Source: the human T2T-CHM13v2.0 reference genome, Homo sapiens
NCBI RefSeq assembly: GCF_009914755.1
Contig: NC_060947.1
Reading direction: 5' to 3' (one strand)
DNA: 64,000 bases
The notes beneath the pieces are model-generated. The model was not told the DNA's origin. It made no database searches and saw only the letters and a program-made list of their open reading frames with translations. Position 1 is the stretch's first letter; every line of letters begins with the position of its first letter. Positions 31,230 through 46,847 of the stretch are shown one piece after another. Position numbers and translations under genes: made by a program.

Positions 31230-31585
31230 GTTTTTCTGTGGTATAAAAACACATGATATAAAATTTACCATCCTAACCATTTTTAAGTGGACAATTCAGT
31301 AGCGTTAAGTATATTCACAATGTTGTGAAGCAGATCTCCAGAATTTTTTATCTTCAAAAACTGAAACTTTACACCCATTAGACAACAACTCCCCTTTGCC
31401 CCCTCCTCCAACTCCTGGCAACCACCCTTCTAATTTCTGTCTCTATGAATTTGACTACTCTAGGTACCTCACATAAGTGGAATCACACACTATTTTCATC
31501 TGTTTGTGCCTGGCCTCTTTCACTTAGCCTAAACAAGTTTCCTCCATGTAGTAGCATGTGACAAGATTTCCTTTCTAATGTTGCA
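31230..31585 (-). mobile_element. L1MB-like 3' fragment
   Basis: AAATTTACCATCCTAACCATTTTTAAGTG...TATGAATTTGACTACTCTAGGTACCTC. Confidence 0.8.
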
Positions 31586-31587
31586 TT

Positions 31588-31890
31588 TCTTTCTTTTTTT
31601 TTTTCTTGAGATGGAGTCTCGCTCTGTCGCCCAGGCTGGAGTGCAGTGGCGCGATCTTGGCTCACTGCAACCTCTGCCTCCCGGGGTTCAAGCAATTCTC
31701 CTGCCTCAGCCTCCTGAGTAGGTGAGATTACAGGTGTGCACCACCACGCCCAGCTAATTTTTGTAGTTTTAGTAGAGACGGGGTTTCACCATGTTGCCCA
31801 GGCTGATCTTGAACTCCTGACCTCAAGTGATCCATCCACCTCGGTCTCCCAAAGTGCTGAGATTACAGGCGTGAGCTACCATGCCTGGCC
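31588..31890 (-). mobile_element. AluS
   Basis: Reverse Alu dimer. Confidence 0.93.
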
Positions 31891-32066
31891 TCTAGTGTTG
31901 TATTTCTCGATCTGGGTGCTGGCTACCCAGGATGTCTACTTTGGGAAAATTCATCCAGCTGTGCATATTTTAATTGGACACATTTCTGTATGCATGTTAT
32001 ACTTTTAAAAGTGTTTACTTAAAGTAGATGGAGATAAAATTTTTAAATCACTTCTAGTAAGGTATT

Positions 32067-32457
32067 TGATATAGTTTGGATGTTGTCCCCTCCAAAGCTC
32101 ATGTTGAAATATAATCCCTAGTATTGGAGGTGGGGCCTGGTGGGAGGTGATTGGATCATGGGGGCAGTTCCCTCACGGCTTGGTGCGGTAATCACAATAG
32201 TAAGTTCTTGAGAGATCTGGTCATTTAAAAGTGTATGACACCTCCCCCAACTCTCCCTCTTGCTCTAGCTCTCACCGTGGGACTTGCCTGCTCCGCTTTG
32301 CCTTCCTCCACGAGTAAAAGCTCCCTGAGGCCTCCCCAGAAGCCAAGCAGATGCTAGCACCATGCTTGTACACCTGCAGAACCGTGAGCTCTCTTTTCTT
32401 TATAGAATACCCAGTCTCAGGTATTTCTTTATAGCAACACCAGAACGGCCTAACGCA
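32067..32457 (+). mobile_element. MST solo LTR
   Basis: TGATATAGTTTGGATG...GGCCTAACGCA; perfect TSD GTATT. Confidence 0.9.
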
Positions 32458-32774
32458 GTATTAGTAACTTACCATGTTAATGTTTTCCAGTGGCGTTTTG
32501 GAAGTACCAGTTAGAGAAGGCAGTGCTTAACATGCAGCATTTGCTGAGGGAAGAACTTCAAAAGACATGGTCTCAGACAAGCCCTCCTCAAATCTCACCC
32601 GAGCTGTGGCTCTGAGCCCCTCTCTACAGAAGTCTGGTGCTGCTCATCACAATCCCAAATCGCAAAAAAATTATACCCTCAAATAAAAGCAGAAGGTGAA
32701 GAAAAAACTGTCCTTAAAGAGGAGAACGAAATTGAGAAGAGAGCCTATTAAAATAAAATTTTAGGAGAAAGAAC

Positions 32775-33133
32775 TGTATTAGTATGTTTTCACACTGCTA
32801 CTAAAAACATGCCAGAGACTGGGAAATTTATAAAGAAAAATATGTTTAATGGACTCCCAGTTCCACATGGCTGGGGAGGCCTCACAATCATGGCAGAAGG
32901 TGAAAGGCATGTCTCACATGGCGGCAGGCAAGAGAGATAACTTGTGCAGGGAAACTCCCCCTTATAAAACCATCAGATCTTGGGAGACTTATTCACTATC
33001 ATGAGAACAGCATGGGAAAGACCCGCCCCCAAGATTCAATTACCTTCCACTGGGTCCCTCCCACAACACGTGGGAATTGTGGGAGCTACAATTCAAGATG
33101 AGATTTGGGTGGGGACATGGTCAAACCATATCA
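32775..33133 (-). mobile_element. THE1 solo LTR
   Basis: TGTATTAGT...CAAACCATATCA; perfect TSD AGAAC. Confidence 0.92.
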
Positions 33134-33166
33134 AGAACAAAACAAAGTTAAAAGAAGGGAATCATG

Positions 33167-33378
33167 TGGGGTTGCCAGATCTAGCAAAAAACAAAAAGCA
33201 AAACCATCAATCAATCCAGGATACCTAGTGAAATTTGAATTTTACACAATCAGCAAATAATTTTTTTAGTATAAGTATGTTCCATATAGTACATGAGGCA
33301 TACTTGTAGTAAAAAATTTTGTTGTTTGTCTGAAATTCAAATTTCACTGGATGTCCTGCATTTCATCTGGTAACCCTA
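33167..33378. mobile_element. MER53-like palindromic hAT MITE
   Basis: GGGTTGCCAGAT...ATCTGGTAACCC termini; internal GTGAAATTTGAATTT/AAATTCAAATTTCAC inverted repeat. Confidence 0.8.
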
Positions 33379-34659
33379 GATACAAGGGAAGGAAGAGGAG
33401 GATGAAATCATAGGCAATATCAAAAGTGTCCTTTCAATACAGAGAACCACCCCAAAGCAAGATTCTTTCAAAAGTACATAGCCTTGAATAACAGTCCCTG
33501 CCTTAAAGGAGGGAAAGAGCTTTCCATGAGGAATCAGTTGTATTTTGCAACTGACAAAAAAGTTAGGAGACTTTTCCTTGAATGTCTTGGTAGGGGCCCA
33601 GAGTTTAAACCAAATCCTGTCAGATTAACTGTTCCCTAGAGAGCTGGGTGGCAGAAGCTGCCTAGGATAATGGTGTGTGGGGTGTAGGAAGGAAGGACAA
33701 AGGACTTCCGAAAGGCCTTGGAATGACTTACCTTGTTGTCAGTTTTCATCCGAAGAAATCCTTGATGTGTATAAATAAGGGTTGCCATTAAAAGAACCAC
33801 ATCAGTACTGGTGGGGAAAACAAATTACTAAAAACTCCGCCCTTCCCATTCATCAAAGCAAAAGTGTCCAAGATTCACTGAAGGTGAACGAGGGCAGTTG
33901 CCCTGGCAGAGTCAGGCTTGCCATACAATTTCTGATTCCCTTTTGATGCCCTGCAGTTAATTCTGAGTCAGTAGAAGGCATACTTAGACCAGATCAATGA
34001 AAAGTCTGATGCTCGTGACTTAAAGCAATTTTAATTGCAAGTATATAATGAGGAGTAAATAATTAACAAGATGGTTCCAAATTGATGTTTTGCAAGGCCT
34101 AGTTTAATGGTTTATTTTAAAATCAGAAGCATAGTTGCATATAGTTAAAGGCAAATGTCCTTTGAACAGTTTGCTCCTAGAAACAGGTAAACTAGATATC
34201 CTATGATATTTTTACACCTTTAATTGTTTAGCAAGCTTTTCTTTCAAAGAGGGTTTCAAGTAAACTTTGGCCTAGCTCAGGTTGAATTATAATGAAATCT
34301 TAAAACACTGAAGACTAAATTTATTATATGGAAGCTGTATCTATAACTGTTATCAGCCAGATATGTAGACTCGTGGTTGATATTTTTTTATGGCCTTATG
34401 AAACTGTCAACAGCCCTGACCTGTATGTCCCTGGGCGATTCACTCAACTGTCTAGGCTGCTGCTTCCTCATCTACAAAACAAAAAGATAGACCAGCTGAT
34501 CGCTGAGTTCCCTCCACGCTCTGAAACATCATGACTAGATTACACTATAGGGATGTCCATCTCTTAGGGTCAGAGGACTCAGAGCAACCTACCCAGAGCT
34601 TTCCTTAGAAGTGATGTTTTCCTTTTAATACATAAAAGTATGAAGAATGTGGAAAAATG

Positions 34660-34853
34660 GGCCGGGCATGGTGGCTCATGCCTGTAATCTCAGCACTTTG
34701 GGAGGCTGAGGCGGTGGATCACCTGAGGTCAGGAGTTCAAGACCAGCCTGGCCAACGTGGTGAAACCCCGTCTCTACTAAAAATACAAAAATTAGCCAGA
34801 TCTGGTAGTGCACACCTGTAGTCCCAGCTACTCGGGAGGCTAAGGAAGGAGAA
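34660..34853 (+). mobile_element. 3'-truncated (tailless) AluS
   Basis: Complete left arm, right arm stops at GGAGAA, no poly(A); GAAAAATG on both sides. Confidence 0.9.
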
Positions 34854-35871
34854 AAATGTTTTCAATTCCTTCTTGCCTCCTTGGAAATCTTTCATGGGTC
34901 AAATAATCAGGACTTAGGAAAAAAATAGAATGCTCACAAAGCAATAATCCCTAGATGGGAGCAAGGGTTAAATAATTGAGAGTTGGTTACTGCAAGGAAA
35001 GTAGATGCCATGAGAGAAAAACACATTTGTCTTTGCTTCCACAAATATCTAGATCATGCCTGTTGGGAACAAGATTCGTTCCCAGTTAGTACATTTAGTG
35101 CTGCCAGAAGTAGCATTTTGTGTTTGATTTCTGTAACTATCAGAAAAGCATGAGATCACAGCTGTAACGCAAGATGAGGCCATTCCTAGGGCTTGGTGTT
35201 TCTACCCACCCCAACTCTGAGGTGGATGCGCAGTGGTCCATAGGTAGCATTTTGAGGATCAGGGTACCACAGTCTTAAGAGTATTGATGCCAACTAAATC
35301 AGGTATTTAAAACGCAAATTTTTGTATCATGAAACCCTTTTTGCCAAATTAGGTGGTGTGCATTTTCTGAACATTGTCCTATAAATTATAAACGCATCTA
35401 AAAATGTTCAACCACAGCTTCTTGCAAAAATTCTTCCACCTGAGACAACTTGTGACCATCCTCTCAGCCAGCTTCTTGAGAAAGTGACAGTTTGGATAGC
35501 GGACTTGGAGTTGGGAGAGTAGACAAGGAGGTCACTTCAGCTGCTTGGCTGAACCTCACTCCCTTCCTGTGGCTCTGCCTTCCTCATCAATGGGACAGGA
35601 ATCTGGAAGAATATTTCAAGCATATTGAGGACTATGTGTATATGAACACTACGGAGTATATGTACACACTTGAAGGAAGACTAATGAAAACAAATTTACA
35701 AGAGAATCTAGGAGCAAGTTATAATAGTGATCAGTACTGTTATGTATATGAGTGTGTCTGATGTGTGATATTTTGTAGGTAAGTTCAGAACTTGTTCCCA
35801 CAAACTTTGCAAATATCTTCTGGGGCATGGGAGGCTGGGGCACAGGAGGCTGAATAATGTCTCCTCCTCCT

Positions 35872-36279
35872 CCGTCTTTGTCTGTTTTCTGCTGCTATGG
35901 CAAAATATCTGAGACTGGGTAATTTATAAAGGACAGAAATTGATTTTTCACAGTTCTGGAGCTAAGAAGTTGAAGATCAAGGTGCCAGAATCTGGTGTCT
36001 TGTGAGGACCTTCTTGCTGTGCCCACACATAGTGAAAAGTACAAGGACAAAAAAAAAAAAAAAAAAAAAAAAGACTAAGCCTTTGTCCTCACACGGCAGA
36101 AGAGCAGAAGAGAGCAAACCCACTCCGGAAAGCCCTTTTTATAATGACATTAATCCATTCATGAGGACGGAGCCCTCATAATCTAAATACCTCCCAAAAG
36201 GCCACACCTCCCAATGCTGTAGCATTGTGGATTAAGTTTCCAACATATGGGTTTTGGGGGACACATTCACACCATAGCA
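35872..36279 (-). mobile_element. MaLR solo LTR (MST/MLT1A-like)
   Basis: GAGACTGGGTAATTTATAAAG...GACACATTCACACCATAGCA. Confidence 0.8.
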
Positions 36280-36748
36280 CCCTACCCCCCAAAGATGTCT
36301 ACCTCCTGTCTACCTCCTATCCCTGGAAGCTGTGAATGTGTTACCTTAACATGACAAAAGGGATATTGCAAATATGATTAAATTAAAGATCTTGAGATAC
36401 GGAGACTAACCTGGATTATCTGGATGGGTCCAATGTAATCACGAAGGTTCTTATAAGAGGGAGACAGGAGGGTAAGAGTGAGATAAGGAGAGTCAGAGAA
36501 GGAGATGAGACAATGGAAACAGAGGTTGGAGGGATACAGGGCCAGGAGCCAAGGAACACAGGCAACCTCAAAAAACCAGAAAGGCAAAGAAGTCAGTTCT
36601 CACCTAGAGCTTCCAGAAGGAATTCAGCCCTGCCTACTCCTTGATTTTAGGACTTCTGACCTTTAGAACTGTAAGATAATAAATTTGTGTTGCTTTAAGC
36701 CACTAAGTTTGTGGTAATTTGATACAGCAGCAATTGAAAACTAACATA
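36280..36748 (+). mobile_element. MLT1C/D-like LTR
   Basis: GTGAATGTGTTACCTTA...AATAAATTTGTGTTGCTTTAAGCCACTAAGTTTGTGG. Confidence 0.82.
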
Positions 36749-36849
36749 GGAAGACTCCACAGGATGTTTTCAATTCAACAAGGGTGGCTTGGTGACAGCA
36801 TTGGGAGTAATGACTGGGGGCACTGTTCAGAGAGCCAGCGATCAGCTGG

Positions 36850-38150
36850 ACACTATGCTAGGAACTGAGACCTCAGTGGTGGACAAACTGGCATGGGCTC
36901 TGCCAATATGGAACTTACAGCTGTGAGAGGAACACTGGCAGCAAACCAAAACTTGCTATTAATCAACTTCAAGTGTGCAGTGTGTTATGGAGGAGTACCG
37001 CCTGCCTGGTGTGATGGGAGTGATTAAAAGGAGACTGAGTCCATTGGGAGGATCAGGAAAGGTTTTCCTGAGGACGTGGTGTTTAAGGCAGACTCTAAGG
37101 ATGGGTAGGCGTTAGCTATTTCAGGTCAATGGGAGTGGAAAGAGCATTTTAGACAGAAGGAAGAGCATAGCCAAAAGCTGTAGGCAGGCAAAACACTGAA
37201 TTTTAAAGAATTAAAATATATCCAGTATTGCCGAAGCAGACAAAATAAGAGCTAGAGTTGTACAAGAGGAGATGGAGAGATGCTAGGGTCTAGACCAGGC
37301 AGGGATAGGCCATTGAAGGAGAGTGGCCTGACTATATGTACATTTTTAAAGATCATGTAAGCTGCAGTGGATGAAAGAATAGGGTGGGAGGCAAGAGAAA
37401 ATGTAGGGAGGCCAGTTATAAGAACATTGCCATAGCCTGATGAAAAGTAACCGTAGCCCTGGCCAGGATAGTGGTAGTTGGGATGGAAGAAAGCAGAGGA
37501 TTCAAGAGATATAGAGGACACAGAATGCAAAGACTTGTTGCCTGAGGGGATGTAAGAGGTGATAGAGAGGGAGGTGTTAAGAGTGATTCCCAGGTTCTTA
37601 TCTTAAGCAAACTGATCAATGAAGCCACCATTTTCTAAGGAAGAGAGCAATGCTGGAAGATAAGGATTTTGGCAAGAACAGAAGAGTACCATTTTGGACA
37701 TGTATAGTTTGAGGAGATCACTAAGACACTCAAGAGGAAATGGCTAGTAGGCATTTGGATATGTAGGGGCAGGAGATTTAAATTTGGGAGTCAGGATTGA
37801 GATGGTAAGTGAAGCCACAGGGATAATGGAAATTGCCTAGAAGAGAGGGGCAAGTAAGAAAAGGGTAAGGACAGAGCTCTAAGAAACTCTAAGATAAAGC
37901 AGAGAAGCAGAAGTCACGAAGAGAGACCCAGCAGTGTCCAGAGAGCAGGAGGAAAACAAGGAGAGCATGGAGTCACTGAATTCAAAGAAAGAGAGTTTTC
38001 CAACAAGGAGAGAGTGACCACAAGATCAAGAAAAACAGGACTAAAAAGTATCCCTTGGTCATGAAGATCATTAATGACCTTAGCATGAATTTGGTATGGT
38101 GGGAGAGTAGGGAGCAGAACCAGGAATTGTCACCTCCTCGGAGTGTTTCT
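36850..38150. mobile_element. L2 fragments
   Basis: Purine-rich L2-type motifs (TTTTGGACATGTATAGTTTGAGG, GTAGGCATTTGGATATG). Confidence 0.65.
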
Positions 38151-38339
38151 GGCAGGAAAAGCTGCATGGTGGTGAGAAATCCAATGCTGTTGGGGATGGG
38201 GCCGAAATATGATTGCACTTCGAATCACCGCTAGAAAAGTTCCCCTTCCCCCACCAATAGCACACACATGTACTTTGCCCTCCCAGAAAGACAAATGTAG
38301 GTGGTGGAAAGGACTCCAGACTCCTGGGTTTTAACCACA

Positions 38340-38675
38340 TGTATTAGTCTTTAGGCTGCCACTCACCTACTGGGTAACTTATAAACAACAGAAGTTCACG
38401 TCTTCTAGTTCTAGAGGCTGGGAATTCCAAGGTCAAGGCACCAGCAGATTCAGTATCTGGTGAGGGCCTGCTTTCTCAAAGATGGTGCCTTCTCACTGAA
38501 TCCTCACATGGTGGAAGGGGCAAGCTAGCTCTCTGGGGCCTCTTTTATAAGGGCATCGACCCCATTCATGATGACCTAATCACCTCCCAAAGGCCCCTCC
38601 TCCTAACACCTTCACCTTCGGGATTAGGGTTTTTGCATATAAATTTTGAGGGGCACAAGCATTCAGATCATAGCA
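38340..38675 (-). mobile_element. MLT1A-like solo LTR
   Basis: TGTATTAGTCTTTAGGCTGCC...CATTCAGATCATAGCA. Confidence 0.82.
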
Positions 38676-41012
38676 CCACACTTCCACGGATGCTTTGGCC
38701 AGAATCATTCTATCAGTTGTTCTTCTTAGCTCTTGAGTCCTTGCTTGCTGCCATCTCTCTCGGTTATTCTGCATCTTGAACCATGAACTCACTTTCTCCT
38801 TCACTTTCTTCCTTTCACTCTCCTAATGTTGGAGAGATTTTATGTCTCCAGGGAGTCTGAGTTAATCAAAATCTCATTGCAACTGCTTCTCATCCAATGA
38901 GTATGCAGCGGTTCTTCACTGGGAACATGGCCAGTCCTGTGAGAAGACAAAGGACAATAGGATCTTAGTTAGGCAGGTGAGGCATGAATAAGTATAAGGG
39001 AAGGTTACAGGTGAGTCTTCTACCTAGGAGAAGCCAGAAAGGCTATTGGAAAAGCCAACAGTTGCCCCAGATTGAAGGTTTAAATAAGCGGAAGAGAAAA
39101 TGTATCTTTACTTTTTTATTGACTACTGAAATTCAGCTTATACCCAATTCAGATGGAGTTCCTTGACCGTGACTATGAGGTATATATGAGTCCAGCCTTC
39201 TCCACTCTATGAGACAACATAGCATAAGAATGAGATATTTCTTGAGTTATACTGCCAAATAAAACTTATCCAAGACCAAAGTGACTTTCTCACTGAAACC
39301 AGGGCAACAACAGGAATGCTGAGAAGAAAAAAAAAATGCAGTGAAAGAACGAAGCCATTTTGAGGGAAAGGAATACAAGAAAAAAAGGGTTATACAAGGA
39401 ATTATACTAGGAAAAACAGAATACTGCTCTGACTCATGCAGTAAACTTGCTTTGTAAGCTGGTGAAAAAATAATTGATGTAATTAGAGAGGAATATCAGA
39501 GTTCTGAACTTGGTTTTGAATAATGCTTTGAACACAAACATAGCTTTTATGCGTAAATTTGGAGGTAGTTCTTTTCCCCCTCTCTTCATTATTTCCTTTG
39601 TCCTTCAGCTTTGGAAATTACTCCCTATAGTAAAATAAATGATTTCCTCTTATTTTCCTGTGAAAGTACTTGTCCTAACCCTTCTCTCAGGATCTATTGA
39701 ATAAATTAGTACTTGAGGAACAATAGCTTTGGGTGACTACATTGGCATCAATAAATAATTTAGTATTGTAGTCAGAGCTCTTCTCATAGATTCATGGTCT
39801 CCCTTTTAGAGATCAGCTGAAGTCAAGCCCTCTCACTTTACATCTGAGGAACAGGGTGTTGAAAGATAAAGCAATTTTCCCAAACCCATAGAGCTAGTTA
39901 GTGGCAGATCTAGGCCTGGAACTTCAAGGTCAGGTGTCCGCCTACATTATGCTGCCATGCTCAAATGTATGGAAACAGCAGCAGCCCCCATAATTGAAAG
40001 CTGGTGGACCCCAGGAGGGTAATGTTTTCAGTCCTTACAACAAACCTATAAAGGAGGCTTCATTATTCTAATATCCCACTTTTCGGATGAGAAAACCAAA
40101 GCTCAGAGAGGTTAGATAACTCACCTAAGATCACACAGTCAGTAAATAGCAGAACTGCCTAATCTTGTGAGATGACCAAGTAGGGTGTACCAGTATCTAG
40201 GACTGACAGAAGACAGGTGATGCCCTGCCTAGTAGCGGGAGGAATGCCCAAAGGCCCACCCAACCAAAATGATCGACCCGATTTCTTTGCTATGGTGGTG
40301 AAAGATTGCACTTCAATTCACTGCTAGAAAAGACCAAAATATTGAGGGAATGGGACACTGAAGAGTTATGGAAAGGGAAACAGAAGAAAAGAGAACTCTT
40401 CAGGTACAGTAGGATGATACTGGTCAGATGGAGGCAGCGTGAAGGTAAGTGGTCTCTGGAGAAAGAAGTGCTAAAACAAAAGCAGACACTGCCCAGCTCA
40501 GAATTGTCTATAGAATGAGCCTGGATCTTTGAGACCCTAATTGGGCTTTGGTGTTTATGGAAGTGGATAGCATGCGTTTATAGAACATGATCAGTATACT
40601 CTGACTGTACTATTAGGGAAAGGGGTCCATAGTTCCATAAAATTGAATTAATAATAATCCTGGGCTCAGGATACATAGGTACATGCTTGGCCCTGTTTTT
40701 AAATGAATACATGCATACATAAATATGTGCAGCCATGATCCCAACACCCAGTCCAAGAGTTAGCGCATTTGATGAAGCTGTCTGACAATAACAAGTTTGG
40801 AGGAAGAGGATATGGATTAACAAAAGCTCTTATTTACCCGTGGAAGTGGGAGTTGGTTTAATCAGTTTGCATTCCCTTAATAGAGTTAGACAGTCTCATA
40901 CCTTTTGATCTGAAACCATTCCACTTCTAGGCCTACAAACTTGTCCCCAAATAATGTTCACAGCAGCACTGTTTGCTGTTTATAGCAGCAAAAAATAGAT
41001 AGATATATAGAC

Positions 41013-41111
41013 AAGAAAGGAAGGAAGGAGGAAAGGAAAGAAGAAGGAAGAAAGAAAGGAAGGGAGGGAGGGAGGGAGGAAGGGAAAGGGGGAGGGGAGA
41101 GGAGGGGAAGA
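41013..41111 (+). repeat. Polypurine (GGAA/GGGA) tract
   Basis: About 100 nt composed only of A and G. Confidence 0.9.
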
Positions 41112-42142
41112 AGCAACCCAATGGAAAAAGAAACTAGAAACAACCTAAATGTCTCGATGGCTACAAATGTAACAGAAAATGAATCTTTGCAATCTAATAC
41201 TTAGGGCAAAAGCTGGTTCCAGAAGTCTTCTTATAGCACAGTATTCTTCTTAGGAAATTTTAAACCACTGAAATGAAATCATATAAGCATACATACATAT
41301 GTGTATGATAAAATTATTTTTTGTAAAAGCCAGAGAATGACCAAATTTAGGGCAGTGCCCTCAGCAGGCCAGAGGTGCTAGGGAATTGCTTTCCCTCCCC
41401 AGGAGCAACCCTCAGCCACTGACCAATGGGAATTGGTGTATGAATATCCCAGGTCCCTTGCCTCTCGGGTGAAATAAGTCTGAGATATGTGTCTATGCTG
41501 TCTCCATGAGATCCCAGTGGAATGAAGCTCAAGCTACCAATCATAACTTGCATGATTACATGCAAGCCTTGACTGGCTGGCTCCCCTACTCCCCTGGAGG
41601 TACTTTCTGGCATAATCTCTCAAATAAGCAACTTGCACATGGTCTGCTTTGGGGGAAAAAAACCAAACTAATCTTAGATCTCAGATCATAATGGTGATAC
41701 TGTCAGCTTGACACACGGAACTTCATAAATATTAATGGAAGAGCCAGTTTAAAGCCTTTAACATAGATGCTCACCTAGGTTCTTTCACCGATAATTCAGT
41801 ATTATATGTCATCCAGATGTTAGCTGGGGTCCCTCATGCCCTGAGGGACCGAGGTGAAAGTGTCCCATCCTGCCCTCGTTCATTCATCTGCCTTTCCCCC
41901 ACCCTACCCTCAAATCAACAGTGTGTTCTCTTAGACACCTCTGCTACCTGGCTGTTTGTTTCACATAGCTCCTGGGCTCTTCTTAGAGCACCCTCCCCAC
42001 TCTTTTTCCTCCAGTCTTTACTTCTCCCCTCTCCCTTCCAGGATCATGCCAGGCTCCAAATTCTTCTTTCCACAACTCCAATCCCAAACTTATATATCCA
42101 AATCCATCAAGATACTCTTTGAGAAAAAGAAATTATAGGACT

Positions 42143-42443
<301 letters not shown>

Positions 42444-42782
42444 TTACAGGACTAGCTAGCAAAGTTTTCTTCCTGCTACATCTAAAACTATAGACAAATA
42501 CAGGAATCTTTCTTTCTTGAATGGGAAAAGTCTAGATCTTCAACAGTACCCACTCAAAAACTCTAAGTTATGGTTATATAAAAAGGCTACATCACTCATC
42601 ACCAGTCATGTGTTTGTTAACTTGGCCTCAAGGACTAAGGAAGTGTAGTTTTATTTTTTCAGTGAAGCTTATCTGTGTGAAGCAATTTCATTTTTCGAGA
42701 ACACATCTCCTCCCATTCTTTTTTGTCATCACTTCCTCTGCTTGTATAGATCTTCAAATCATGGCCGAGAAAAAAGCCTTGG

Positions 42783-43584
42783 TGTTTTAGTCCATTTAGT
42801 GTTGCTATTAAGGAATACCTGAGGCTGGGTGATTTATGAAGAAAACAGGTTTATTTGGCTCTGCAGGCTGTACAAGAAGCATGGTGCCAGCATCTGCTCC
42901 TGGTGAGAGCCTCAGGCTGCTTCCACTTATGTCAGAGGGGGAAGGGGAGCCAGGGTATGCAGAAATCACATGGCGAGAGAGGAAGCAATAGAGAGGGGAG
43001 GGAGATGCCAGAGTCTTTTTCACAACGAGCTCTGGCAGGAATTAATAAAGTGAGAACTCACCCACCCTCCCACACCCCCGAACCAGGGAGGACATTAATC
43101 TAATCATGAGGGATCCACCCTGATATGGTTTGGCTCTATGTCCCCACCCAAATCTTATCTTGTAGCTCCCATAATTCCCATGTGTTGTGGGAGGGACCTG
43201 GTGGGAGATAATTGAATCATGAGGGTGGGTCTTTCCTGTGCTGTTCTCGTGATGGTGAATAAGTCTCAAGAGATCTGATGGTTTTAAAAACGGGAGTTTC
43301 CCTGCACAGCTCTCTCTGCCTGCCACCAACCATGTAAGACGTGACTTGCTCCTCCTTGCCTTCTGCCATGATTGCGAGGCCACCCCAGCCATGTGGAACT
43401 GTAAGTCCATTAAACCCCTTTCTTTTGTAAATTTCCCAGTCTCAGGTATATCTTTATTAGCAGCATGAAAATGGACTAATACACACCCCTATAACCCAAA
43501 CATGTCCCACCAGATCCCATCTCCAACACTGTGTATCAAATTTCAACATGAGATTTGGAGGGGACAAACATTCAAACTATAGCA
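42783..43584 (-). mobile_element. MST solo LTR hosting a THE1 LTR
   Basis: TGTTTTAGTCCATTT...CAAACTATAGCA; TSD CTTGG/CTTGC. Confidence 0.85.
43121..43483 (+). mobile_element. THE1 solo LTR nested in MST
   Basis: TGATATGGTTTGGCT...GGACTAATACA; perfect TSD CACCC. Confidence 0.93.
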
Positions 43585-43834
43585 CTTGCCAACTGAATAA
43601 CGCCCTGAACAAGAATCCAGTATTGAATTTATTGGCTCTACCACACTTCAGTGGCTGACCTTAGGCAGCTTACTTAACTTTTTAGGCCTCAGTTTTCTTC
43701 ATCTGTAAATGATATGAGGATTAAAAGAGGTAACCGCACCTAACACAGCCCTGGCACAAAGAAGTCCAGAAGCTAATGCTAGTTACCTTCCCAAATAAAT
43801 AGAAGTATAAAGGGCACTCTGCAATATACCTAGC

Positions 43835-44970
<1,136 letters not shown>

Positions 44971-45153
44971 TAGCTCTTCTCATGAGGATGAATCTCTACA
45001 GATTTGAAATCTGGCCTATTCTATTCTATGGCACACTTCAAATTGTGGGAAGCATTTGGCCCCAGTTCTGTTCCTTTAATATCACTAATACTATAGTCAT
45101 TTTATGCATCAGATGATACAAGGTACAAATTATTCTTGAATAGGAATCCCTAA

Positions 45154-45477
<324 letters not shown>

Positions 45478-46151
45478 TGTTTTTCTTTTTCTCAAAACTT
45501 TAATACCTCCAGAAAAATGAGATCAAGTGGAGGGGCCAAGGTGAAAACAGCTGGGGCTGACAATAAGACCCTGGTGGCCTAGGGAAGAGGTCCTCCTGGT
45601 AGCTACACAACCCTCCCTGATGGAAATCACAGCAATTTGGAGGCTGGTGGTGGTTGTGATGGTTGGGGGTGGGGGTAAGGGCTGTACTTTGGCAAACAGC
45701 TTGGATGAAAGAAGGCTTTACTAAATGCTGATGGAAGAAATGCCAAGTTTTCTAGATAATAGGTGGCACCTCAGATGTCAGAGTCCTCTGCAAATAATGG
45801 TTCATGCTCTGTTAATTATGGGACTAAGTAAATATTCATAGAAACAGATAAGATCATGTTTTGGATAAAAACAGAAGAGCAGTGGATTCTGACAAGTCTC
45901 TGTATAACTAACCTTCATCTTTTGGGTTGAAGGAGAACTGAATAAAGTCATTCATGTTACCTATCCTTGGTTCAGATTTTTAGAACACATTGCCACCCAG
46001 GGATTCTAAGGATTTTCTCAATGTCAAATCAAACCATGATATCACTCAAGGCATTCATTAGTGGTGGTTGTTTTGTTGGCATTTTGCTGTATTTCCTTCT
46101 GTACCTTTCGATAAAAAAGGTTTAGGTGATCTCTTCCTAGCTAAGCTCAGT

Positions 46152-46467
46152 TTATTTATGTATTTATTTATTTATTTAGAGACAGGGTCTCACTCTGTCA
46201 CCCAGACTGGGGTGCAGTGGCGTGATCTTGTCTCACTGTAGCCTCGATCTCCTGAGCTCAATCCATCCTCCTACCTCAGCTTCCCAAGTAGCTGGGACTG
46301 TAGGTGTAAGTCGCCAGGCCTGGCTGATTTTTTTGTTTTTGTTTTTTGTAGGGATGGGGTTTTGTCACGTTGCCTAGGCTGGTCACGAACTCCTGGGCTC
46401 AAGTGATCCGCTCGCCTCCGCCTTCCAAAGTGCTGGGATTACAGGCATGAGCCACTGAGCCCTGCCT
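46152..46467 (-). mobile_element. AluJ-like element
   Basis: (TTTA)n tail and reverse Alu; TSD AAGCTCAG. Confidence 0.9.
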
Positions 46468-46847
46468 GAAGCTCAGATTTAATACATAATTTAGTATCTT
46501 CCTTTTTCCCTCTTATTATAATGTTTGTATTTTCCGTGTTCTCATATAGACTTCATACAAAGAACCTTTAAAGACAGTATAATGGTTCATTGTATGTGTG
46601 CCATGATTTATTTAACCATCCTCTGTTATTGTTTCCCTTCTGGGTATTATAGGATCTGATTTTGTTCATAACCCCTGGGCACAAGAAACATTATCTTTCT
46701 TTATTTTAAAAAATCAAATTAAATCTGGGTTTGCGTTCCCACGTGCAGAGCTGGCAAGATGCCCAACAGCAGCCATTACTGGGGGGCTTGTCCCCATGTG
46801 TATATACAGGATACCTGAAGTATGCTTGGCATGAAAGTTAGGATACT

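Noticed and set aside
33964-33970. AP-1 heptamers (also 3401 and 39430)
   Set aside because: Several hits are expected by chance in 64 kb; no supporting cluster
46690-46820. Short GC-richer patch with minus-strand AATAAA, possible retro-fragment of a 3' UTR
   Set aside because: No recognisable source, clear poly(A) tail or TSD; only a BLAST search could rescue it
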